A stretch of DNA of 64,000 nt from an uncultured Planctomycetota bacterium. Its GTDB lineage: Bacteria > Planctomycetota > Planctomycetia > Isosphaerales > Isosphaeraceae. The notes under the pieces were generated by a model. The model saw only the letters and a program-made list of their open reading frames with translations. It was not told the DNA's origin and searched no databases. This document shows, in pieces, positions 42,242 to 50,806 of this stretch; positions within the stretch are counted from its first letter, which is position 1, and every line of letters starts with the position of its first letter. Location: the NCBI GenBank assembly GCA_963823665.1, contig CAWGMQ010000011.1:32001-96000 (forward strand), written 5' to 3'. The translations under genes were made by a program, and so were the position numbers.

Positions 42242-42404
42242 CAGGTGCACCTGAGGTTCAATGACGCATGCATGCGAGTTACGTCGATGATCGTGATGGA
42301 ACAGTGCGGCCGCTCGGCAGCGCGCCGCACGTCTCACGCGATCGATAGTGTGACGCACCGGCGGCCCCGCGCCCATCGCCGAGGGATTGCCTCAGGGCGA
42401 ATTG

Positions 42405-44558
42405 TTACTTCGCCGGAGGGGATTGCACCGTCTCGGGACCAGGCGCGAGCTCGGTGCCGAGGATCTTGCCGCTCTCTGTGTCAAATCGAATCCTGATGTC
42501 AACGCCCTTGCCGGACCAACTCACAACGATGAGCTTCCGGTCATCCGATTCCCGAACGGTCCATGTACCGGCGAGCGGGTAATCTGGCGGCGGATCGTTG
42601 CGCTTCGCCCTCCACGCTCCGCGGAAAAGACCGGGCTCGAGCGGATTGGGGAAGGTACTCCGCCAGACTTGCTCAGCCTGGTTGGTTTGCGCGCTCAGAA
42701 AGCACTGACCTTCCGTGCTCAGGATGTAGATGCGGTTCTCGCCTGTGGCGAACGTGAGCGACGGCTGGAGCCTCTTGACAGACCCCGAGGCCGGTGGATT
42801 CTCGTTCTTGAAGAAGCCTAATCCGGTCAGCCTCGAATAGTAGCGCGCGATTCTGTCGTCATCGTGCATTTTCTCAGGCGCGGCTCCATCGGCCGGTGCT
42901 TCGCGGCGAAAGGTGTAATCGATCGGCTTGCTCTTCTGAGCGGCCTGCGAATGGGGAGTGGATTGAGCTCCCGGCAAGCCGGCGCTTGCGCGTTCGGCAA
43001 CTCCACGGACATCGTGAGAAAGCAGCTTGCCGGTGTCTGCATCGAGCCGGAAGATGTGCTCATTGCCGGTTGCGGTCCATGTAAAGATGACCTGTTTCCG
43101 GTCGTCCGACTGCTGAAGTGCCCAGTGCCCTCCAGAAAGGCGGCCGGGAAGTGTGCCGAACCGGTACCCTCGCCAGATCACCCGTCCGTCCTTGTCACTT
43201 GCATCGAAGTGGATCGCCTGTTCCAAAGCAGCGGCGGTGTATTTGCGCACATCGCTTTCAAACGTTGCTGCTGTGTTATTCGCGACTGCCTTGTATTTGC
43301 GCCAGAGAGTAGTTTTCTCCCGCTGATCACGTTCGCCTTGCGCCGGCTTGGGTTCATCGGGTCGATCGGTGCGCTCAACCAGCGCGGCGAGCCTTTTCAA
43401 TTCCGCCTCGATCTGCTCCAGCCGTGCAGCGGTCGCGCCTCGATCCGGCTCAAGCTGTGCGGACTCGCCGGCCGGAGCCGCGGCGGGTTTCTGCGCGAAT
43501 GACCAGCCAGGAAGCGCCGCCAGGGCGAGCACACTCGCGGCGAAGATTCCTCGCATCGACATTTTGCCGGATACACGATCGGACAGAATCATGGAAAGTC
43601 TCCTTTCGAATGATGATGGTGACCCGGCGCTGATGCCCAGCACCGGGGCCGGCGCGCCACGGCGGAGGCCGGTCGATAACTCGAGCAATAACTCCGCGTA
43701 AGTTCGACGCCCATCCGGACACGCAGCCAGGGCGATCGCATCGCATGCGAGCTCGGCCGACTCGCGACATCGCCGGCGGACGAACCAGAAGAGCGGGTTC
43801 CACCACCAGACGAGACCGGCCAGCAGCTCGACCCATGACACGAGGTGATCGCCGCGGCGAACGTGAGCCAGCTCATGCGCGATGACCCCGCGTGCGTCAA
43901 CCACTGCCTGTCGACTCGACATCGCTTCCGGCCAGATGAGTCGTAGGCGCCCGAGGAACCATACGAAGGGCGACGCGATTCCCGCTGTCACAAGCGCCCG
44001 AGGAGGCCGCAGGCCGACTAGCCGGGCTACGGCTGCGATTTCGTCCGTGAGGTCTTGCGGCGGCGCGGCTGCTCGCCGCAGCAGCGCGGCATGACGCGCA
44101 ATGCGACGAGATTGCTTGATCACGCATCCGGCCGATCCGAGTAGCCACACCGCCCCGATCGCCCAGAGCGCCATGCGCGCGAGAATTCCGCTCCGCAAGG
44201 ATGAATGCGGTCGCACGAGCAGGGTGATGTCAATCGAATGGGAAGACCCATTCGAGCTTATAGTCCCGCCGGGATCCTTCGGCTCCTTGAAGCGATCGTC
44301 GTGCACGAAGGCCGAACGTGCGCCGGACGCCGGGTCGATCACAGCGGCCGCGGCCGGCTCACGTGACGGCCACACTCGTTCAATCGACCACGGCCACGAA
44401 ACGACCGGCGGCGTGATGAACTTGAACAACAGCACAACCCAGATCGCGTGCTGCACGGCGGGGCGGCTGCGGAAAAGCCGGCAGACCACCACCGCGAGTG
44501 GAGTCAAGACCACGATTGCAAGGGCGTTCTGAGCAAGCCACCAGAAGATCGTGGTCAT
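42405..44558 (-). CDS. BlaR1-like M56 metallopeptidase signal transducer
   Basis: HELAHVRRGD, WWWNPLFW, ELACD, YAELLL, ERRLSMI; ATG overlaps the repressor stop. Confidence 0.93.
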   Translation of the reverse strand: MTTIFWWLAQNALAIVVLTPLAVVVCRLFRSRPAVQHAIWVVLLFKFITPPVVSWPWSIERVWPSREPAAAAVIDPASGARSAFVHDDRFKEPKDPGGTISSNGSSHSIDITLLVRPHSSLRSGILARMALWAIGAVWLLGSAGCVIKQSRRIARHAALLRRAAAPPQDLTDEIAAVARLVGLRPPRALVTAGIASPFVWFLGRLRLIWPEAMSSRQAVVDARGVIAHELAHVRRGDHLVSWVELLAGLVWWWNPLFWFVRRRCRESAELACDAIALAACPDGRRTYAELLLELSTGLRRGAPAPVLGISAGSPSSFERRLSMILSDRVSGKMSMRGIFAASVLALAALPGWSFAQKPAAAPAGESAQLEPDRGATAARLEQIEAELKRLAALVERTDRPDEPKPAQGERDQREKTTLWRKYKAVANNTAATFESDVRKYTAAALEQAIHFDASDKDGRVIWRGYRFGTLPGRLSGGHWALQQSDDRKQVIFTWTATGNEHIFRLDADTGKLLSHDVRGVAERASAGLPGAQSTPHSQAAQKSKPIDYTFRREAPADGAAPEKMHDDDRIARYYSRLTGLGFFKNENPPASGSVKRLQPSLTFATGENRIYILSTEGQCFLSAQTNQAEQVWRSTFPNPLEPGLFRGAWRAKRNDPPPDYPLAGTWTVRESDDRKLIVVSWSGKGVDIRIRFDTESGKILGTELAPGPETVQSPPAK

Positions 44559-44962
44559 CGCGGGCCTCGCTTTCCACGCTTCGCCTCGAGGTCGTCGATC
44601 ATCTGCCGAAATCTCGCGATTTCCCAAGGAGAGAACTGGTGCCGCTCGGCAAACGCGAGCACCAGTGGAAGTGCCTCGCCATCGCACAGTTCTCCCGCCA
44701 GGTCGTTCATCCGTGACCGGATCACGTCCTCACGCGAGACCAGGGCGCGAAAGACAAACGCAAAACGGCTCCTGTCGCTCTCGACGTATCCCTTCCGCTC
44801 GAGACGCTGCAACAGCGTGATCACGGTAGACCTCGTCCATTCCTGGCCTTGCTCCTCAAGCCGCCCGAGAACTTCTCGAACCGCGAGCGGACCGTGCTCC
44901 CAGAGCACCTTGAGCACTTGCAGCTCGGCATCACTCGTCGTGGGTCGACCTTCATCCGTCAT
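44555..44962 (-). CDS. BlaI/MecI/CopY-family repressor
   Basis: SDAELQVLKVLW, STVITLLQRLERKGYV; directly upstream of the M56 gene. Confidence 0.94.
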   Translation of the reverse strand: MTDEGRPTTSDAELQVLKVLWEHGPLAVREVLGRLEEQGQEWTRSTVITLLQRLERKGYVESDRSRFAFVFRALVSREDVIRSRMNDLAGELCDGEALPLVLAFAERHQFSPWEIARFRQMIDDLEAKRGKRGPR

Positions 44963-44986
44963 CGTTTGCGGCCCCCATCCGATCCG

Positions 44987-45037
44987 TTTACACCGTGTCA
45001 ACAAATCGAATCTATCGACATGACGTAGACAAGTCAA
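44987..45037 (-). promoter_or_regulatory. Sigma70-like promoter with two BlaI-type operators
   Basis: Minus strand TTGACT (45037-45032)-N17-TAGATT (45014-45009); imperfect palindromes TTTACA-CCG-TGTCAA (44987-45001) and TCGACA-TGA-CGTAGA (45015-45029). Confidence 0.75.
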
Positions 45038-45133
45038 GAGCGACTGAAGAAAAGCGGTGGGCCGATCCTGGACACGGTGGTGAGAACGTGGGAAGTTTGA
45101 CGTTCGGATGCACCGAGGGGCCGGGAGACCGAA

Positions 45134-45928
45134 ATGGACGACGACACGGCAAGTGCACGACAACCCGATGCGCAGAACGCCTGCCTGGTGCTCCACGGCT
45201 TGGGCGGCGGGCCCTACGAGCTCGAGCCGCTCGTGGCGGCGCTCAAGGCAGACGGGATGCGCGTAGCGGCGCCGGTGATGCCGGGGCACGAGGGGCCGGG
45301 GCCTGTGATGCCGGCCTCCGGGTGGCGAGAATGGGCGGCCACGGTCGAAACGACGTTCGACGAGCTGGCCGCGGCCGGCACGCCGGTTTCCGTCGTCGGA
45401 TTTTCGACCGGCGCCACGCTGGCGTTGCATCTGGCTACGAAAAAGCCCGTCGCCTGCCAGGTGTTGCTCGCGCCGTTTCTGGAGATCCGGTACAGCGGGT
45501 TGATACCGGTCCGGCCGGAATTGTACCTTCGTGCGCTCGCCAGGTTTATCCCGAGCCTGCCTCGCCGCGGCCCGGCCGTCCGCGACCCGGAGATGCGACG
45601 CTGGGCTGCGGGTACGGACCGGTTCCGCACGTTCAACGTCCACGCCGCAATCAGCGCGCTCGATCTGATCGATACCGTCAAGCCGCTCGTGCCGGCGATC
45701 ACGGTTCCGACGCTCATCATCCAGGGCCGTCTCGACAGCGTGGTCGAGCCCGGCGGCGCATCGTGGCTCTACGAGCATCTGGGCGCGAGCGACAAGTCGC
45801 TCGTGGTGCTGCCGCGGTCCGACCACCTGGTATCACTCGACGGCGAGCGAGAGCGGGTGATCACGTTGACGCGAGAGTTTCTGCTGGCACACGGCGGGAC
45901 GGTTCCGGAATTGAGGACAGCGCGGTGA
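45134..45928 (+). CDS. Alpha/beta-hydrolase (carboxylesterase type)
   Basis: LHGLGG, PGH, GFSTG nucleophile elbow, QGRLDSVV, SDHLV. Confidence 0.92.
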   Translation: MDDDTASARQPDAQNACLVLHGLGGGPYELEPLVAALKADGMRVAAPVMPGHEGPGPVMPASGWREWAATVETTFDELAAAGTPVSVVGFSTGATLALHLATKKPVACQVLLAPFLEIRYSGLIPVRPELYLRALARFIPSLPRRGPAVRDPEMRRWAAGTDRFRTFNVHAAISALDLIDTVKPLVPAITVPTLIIQGRLDSVVEPGGASWLYEHLGASDKSLVVLPRSDHLVSLDGERERVITLTREFLLAHGGTVPELRTAR

Positions 45929-45978
45929 TTCCGGGCAAGGGTTTGAGGATCGCCGCGCCAAAGTCGACGTTGCCAGGC

Positions 45979-47496
45979 TCAACGGTCGGCGCCAAGCTTG
46001 ACCGCGACGGACGATTTCTGTCGCGTGCGCGGGTTCACCACCACAAGCTTGAGCGTGGGCCCGCTCTTGCGCACCAGTTCATCCAGTTCCTTCGGATGCA
46101 GCACGGGTGATCCGTTGGCTTCGACGATGATGTCGCCGGGCTCGATCCCTGCGAGGGCGGCCGCGCTGCCGGGCTCGACCTCGGTCACCTTGACGGCCGG
46201 GTCGACGTCGTAAAACACGACCTCGGTAACGGCGCCCAGTCTTTTGCCGGCCCCGGTGGGAGCGGCGGGATCAGCCGGCGGGGGAGCCAGGTTGCCGGGC
46301 TCATCTCCGCCGAGCTTGACGTCGACGCGAGTGTCCTTGCCGGTCCGTGTGTCGCGAACGGTGAGCGACAGCGTGGCCCCGCTCTTTCGCACCACGGCGC
46401 TGAGCGCCTCTGCGCCGGTGATGGGCACACCGTTGGCGGCGACGATGATGTCACCCGGCTCGAGCCCGGCCTTCTGACCGGGGCTTTCGGGCTGTACACC
46501 GACGACCTTCATTGCGGTGCGCTGACCGATCGTGACCGGTTCGGCCGAGACCCCCAACGAGCGTGCCGGCGCTCGCGAATTCGGATTCGCCGCGTCGCCG
46601 GGGAGCACCGGCTTCTCGGGCTTATCGTCCGGCACAGGCAGTCTTCCCGGTGACGCCTGGCCCGCCGGAACGGGAAGATCGACCGGTACGCGTACGGTCT
46701 TGCCGGTGTTCACGTCCAGGAGGACAAGATTGACTCGCCCGCCTCGCTGCGAGAGTGCTTCGAGCTGCTCGAGTCCGGTGAGGGCCTTGTCATTCGCGCC
46801 GATGATGATGTCACCGGGCTCGAGCCCGGCGTGCTGCGAGGCTCCTCCACGCTCCACGCTCGAGACGCGAATGATGAACTTGCCTTGCACTGTCTTCGCT
46901 TCGCCAGTCAGTCCGAGGGCCTGGAGCACCGCCCTGCCGTCTCGCGCCCCGCCGGGACCGGACCCCGAGCCGACCGATCCAGGTGCCCGTTCAATGGCAG
47001 GAGGCGAGGCGTCTGCCGCGCCGGCGGCGGCCAGGTCTCGCGCGGTCAATTCGAACCAGTCGCTTCCCGCGCCTTCCCAGCCGCCGTTTGCCTTGGGGCG
47101 GAGATAAGCACGCACCTGGGATCGCTCGGCCGGCACCACTTGAGCGATCGCGGGGCGAGGCTGCGGCTGGCCCGTGCCCTGCCCTCCCAGGCTAAGTGCC
47201 GTGCTCTGCGGCTGCGACGCGTGGACGTACACCATGTCTCCCGGCGCGGGCACTGTCACACGCGCGGGCGTTCGTGGCGCTCGCAGCGATTCGGAACGCT
47301 TCACCTCGATCTGGACGATGTAATCGACCCGGTCGCGCCGCGGGCTCTGGAAGACCTCGCGTACGATCCCATCGACTGAGAGCACGGCTTCATCTTTTGT
47401 CACCGGCGCTCGATCCTGTGCCCGCGTGCAATCGGGTTCGCTCACGAGGATGGCCAAGACCATTGATCCGTGCACCCACAGTCGGGAAGGCATCAT
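45979..47496 (-). CDS. Exported triple-PDZ protein without protease domain
   Basis: Three AG[LI]EPGDII..AN motifs; signal-like N-terminus. Confidence 0.85.
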   Translation of the reverse strand: MMPSRLWVHGSMVLAILVSEPDCTRAQDRAPVTKDEAVLSVDGIVREVFQSPRRDRVDYIVQIEVKRSESLRAPRTPARVTVPAPGDMVYVHASQPQSTALSLGGQGTGQPQPRPAIAQVVPAERSQVRAYLRPKANGGWEGAGSDWFELTARDLAAAGAADASPPAIERAPGSVGSGSGPGGARDGRAVLQALGLTGEAKTVQGKFIIRVSSVERGGASQHAGLEPGDIIIGANDKALTGLEQLEALSQRGGRVNLVLLDVNTGKTVRVPVDLPVPAGQASPGRLPVPDDKPEKPVLPGDAANPNSRAPARSLGVSAEPVTIGQRTAMKVVGVQPESPGQKAGLEPGDIIVAANGVPITGAEALSAVVRKSGATLSLTVRDTRTGKDTRVDVKLGGDEPGNLAPPPADPAAPTGAGKRLGAVTEVVFYDVDPAVKVTEVEPGSAAALAGIEPGDIIVEANGSPVLHPKELDELVRKSGPTLKLVVVNPRTRQKSSVAVKLGADR

Positions 47497-47809
47497 GGCG
47501 TACCCCTCTCGAGCAAACGACGTTGAAGCGGGCGGGTTTGCCCGCACTTGATATGCGCACCCATCATGATAGAGAGCCCGAAGCGCTCAAGACAAGCACC
47601 GCATGGAGTGGTGGCGCGGCGAGGTTCGCTCATGACGACTATCGCGACTCTGACGCCTCCCCTCCATGGGAAACTGTACGGATTGATTCAGGCTTGCCAA
47701 ACGAATCGAACGGCGCGCGAGGAATCCTCGTGTATCATTGTCATTGCGAGCTGATGAGTCCGATTATTCCGGGGGAGAGGAATGCCAATCAGATCGTGGG
47801 AGGAACGCG

Positions 47810-48211
47810 ATGCAAGGCGCCATTGTGATGCTGTTGGCCCTGACTGGTCTGGGTTGCCAGAACAAGCCGGTCGACTCGACTGATCTGCCAGCCGTATTGA
47901 CGCCCGCTCCCGCGACCCCGTCGCCCGAGGCACCCGCCGCGGCGACGACCGCAATCCCGTCGCCCGAGACTCAGGCCGCGGCAACGACCGCGAGCCCATC
48001 GCCCGAAACATCCGCCGCGACAACGACCGCGACCCCGCCGCCGTATCCTCGTTATTTTCCTGAGACCTACCCCGACATCGAGGAATTGTACAGCACTCAT
48101 CTCGGCAGCCTGTACGCCACGTTTTACAGCTTCGTGTTCGGGCACGACCCGGGCATCCCCAGTGCGCGCGAGATCGAGGCTTCGGTGTTGGGGAACGAAG
48201 GCAGTCCGTGA
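47810..48211 (+). CDS. Small Pro/Thr/Ala-rich lipoprotein
   Basis: GGAGG SD; MQGAIVMLLALTGLGC lipobox; three 13-aa PSPE repeats. Confidence 0.75.
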   Translation: MQGAIVMLLALTGLGCQNKPVDSTDLPAVLTPAPATPSPEAPAAATTAIPSPETQAAATTASPSPETSAATTTATPPPYPRYFPETYPDIEELYSTHLGSLYATFYSFVFGHDPGIPSAREIEASVLGNEGSP

Positions 48212-48459
48212 CGAATTCGCGCGTTGCACGGGTTGCAACGACAGTGAGATCGTAATCGAGCGATCATGCAATTCGTTCGAGCGGCCATGCCGCGGGCGAT
48301 GCCGCCCGCAGCGCGCATGAGCAACCGCCCGCGTTTCGCTTGCGTGGCACGGTGAATAAACGCCGAAAGCGATGCGTCCATTCACCGGGGACTGTAGTAC
48401 CCCGACCCGCGGGCGCGTTGTGATTCGAGTGGGCGTGCTTTCTTTTGTGAGGATCGAGA

Positions 48460-50647
48460 ATGAGCGCCACTTTCTTGCTGGCGGGTGCTCTGGCATGCGC
48501 CCGGCTGGTCGCCTCCGCGGAACAGGTTGCCCAGACACCCGAGGGAAACAGCCAGCCGCAAGCTGAAGCCGGGCCTGCGATTCGTCCGGCCGCGAGCAAA
48601 ATCACTGACGTCACGATCTATCAGGGCCGGGCGCTCGTCACGCGTGAAGTGACCGTACCCGAAGGCAACGGAACTCTCGAGCTGCTGGTCTCGCCTCTGC
48701 CCCCTCAGGTCGAAGATGCGTCGCTTTACGCCGAGGGTACCGACGGAGTGCGTGTGCTCAGCACGCGATTCCGTACGCGCGCCGTCACGACGGACACGCG
48801 AGAGGAGGTACGCGCAAAGCAAGAGCTCGTGAGCAAGCTTCAGACCGATGCAAAACGGCTGGAAAGAGAAGTCAAACTGCAGCAGGTTGACTTGAAGTTT
48901 CTCGACAAGCTCGGCGGATTCACGGGCACAGCGCTCGCCGGGCTCGCGGACAAGGGCCGGATCGAGAGCGAGCCGATCATCGCGCTCAGCAAGTTCATCA
49001 TGGAAAACCGAAGCGTGAAGACCAAGGCGGAGGTTGAGCTACAGCGGCAGCTCGAGGCGAACAACGAGACGGCCGAATTCACGGAGCGACAACTTACCGA
49101 GCTCTCCGCCGGCAAGAGCCGGGTCGAGCGGGATGCCGTGATCGTTGTCCTCAAGTCGCGGAATCAGCCGTCGACCGTACGGCTGGGATACCTCGTGACG
49201 GCCGCGAATTGGGTACCTCATTATCGCCTGCGCGGCGGCGGCGCCGATGCTCCCGTGCGGTTCGAATACCTCGCGTCGGTCGTGCAACAGACCGGCGAGA
49301 CCTGGTCGGGGGTGCGCGTGACGCTGTCAACCGCGCGGCCGTCGCTCGACGCCGCGCCGCCGGACTTGATTCCGCTCAAACTGGCCGTGGCTGGAGGCGG
49401 TAACACAGGGCCTACGGACGCACACGATGATCGATCCCAGAAGGTCTTGACCGAGCTGAACAAGCCACTCTCGATGTCGTTCAACGAGGAGACTCCTCTC
49501 GAGGATGTGCTCAAGTACGTCAAGCACAGCACCGCCGGTTCGGCTTTTCCCAATGGACTGCCGATGTACCTCGACCCGGTTGGGCTCCGCGAAGCTGATA
49601 AAACCGTGGCTTCCACCGTGAGGAACGTCGATCTCGAGGGAATTCCGCTCAAGACCACCCTGAAAATGATCTTGAACCAGATTGACCTGACCTACGTGGT
49701 GAAAGACGGCGTTTTGACGATCACGTCGAACGAGTCAGCAGGTCGGGACGAGAATGAAGATCTCGATCGCGTCACGCTGACGGACGACTCGGCGGCGATC
49801 GGACCAGCACGCGATGAAGCATCGGGCTCCGGGGCCGCGAAGCTCAACCTGGCCGCCGCGAGTGATCAGGCGAGCGAGCTCAAAATCGGCAGCGGACAGG
49901 GTGCGGACTCGAGCGCGGCGGAGACGCTCGGTTCCAAGCGTGACCTTCGCGATCGCGGGCAGGCTCGATCTACCCTCTCGCAAAGACCCGCAATTGCTCG
50001 AAGTCGTCCGACTGGAGATGCCGGCAGAGTATTACGCGAAGGCGGTACCCGTGATGACACCGCGGGTCTATCGCCTGGCGAAGCTTACGAACAAGAGCGA
50101 CGTCGTGTTGCTGCCCGGCGAGGCGACCGTTTATGTGGGCACCGATTTCGTCGGCCGGATGCGCTTGCCCCTCGTGGCCGCGGGCGAACCGTTCGTCGCT
50201 GGATTTGGAGTCGATCCGCAGGTTCAGGTCAGTCGTCGGCTGGTGCACAAGTCTCGATCGGTACAGGGCGCCAATCAGCTTTTCGACTACGAGTTCCGGA
50301 TCGGGCTGCGCAACTATCGAGCCAGCGCAGTCAAAGTACAGCTCTGGGACCGCCTGCCTAAGCCTGAAGGCGAGGCCGTGGCCGTCAACCTGGTCAAGAC
50401 GTCGCTCGACCTGAGCAAGGACGTGAGCTACCTCCGGACTGCACGAATGGACAATCTGCTCCTCTGGGACATCCAGGTGCCGCCGGGCACCATCGGCGAG
50501 AAGACGATGTACTTGAACTATGAATTCCGGATGGAATATGCCCGCGACCTTCCCCAGCCGAAGTTCGTCTCCGGCGGACTACGCGAAGGCCCGATCGGCG
50601 GGGGTGCAATCGCGGGCATGGGGGGCATGGGTGGAGGAATGAAGTAG
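48460..50647 (+). CDS. DUF4140/DUF4139 (MuiA-like) protein with inserted secretin-N/STN-like domain; frameshift near 49930
   Basis: ITDVTIYQGRALVTR, YLVTAANWVPHY, QQTGETWSGVRVTLSTARP; second frame YAKAVP...LLPGEATVY...GFGVDP. Confidence 0.85.
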
Positions 50648-50715
50648 CACCTTCTGCTACCGACGCACTGGCAATTTGGGTCAAGCAGGAAAACCAGCGA
50701 ATTCGTCCGGTCGAG

Positions 50716-50743
50716 TGTAAGATCGCGCTCGCCGCGCCGTTAT
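50716..50743 (+). promoter_or_regulatory. Putative ECF promoter TGTAAG-N16-CGTTAT
   Basis: Same hexamer pattern and spacing as 18433-18460 and 29449-29476; ~64 bp before the kinase ATG. Confidence 0.45.
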
Positions 50744-50806
50744 ACTCTGCGAATGGCGGATTCATGCGCCGGTCTGGACGAATTCCACCCGAGTTGAGAT
50801 CGCGTG

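Noticed and set aside
44963..45826. 423-aa BlaI fusion
   Set aside because: Extension is antisense to the esterase; promoter and operators support a start at 44962
47745..47790. Hammerhead ribozyme (CTGATGAG core)
   Set aside because: No properly placed stem II closure and GAAA motif downstream
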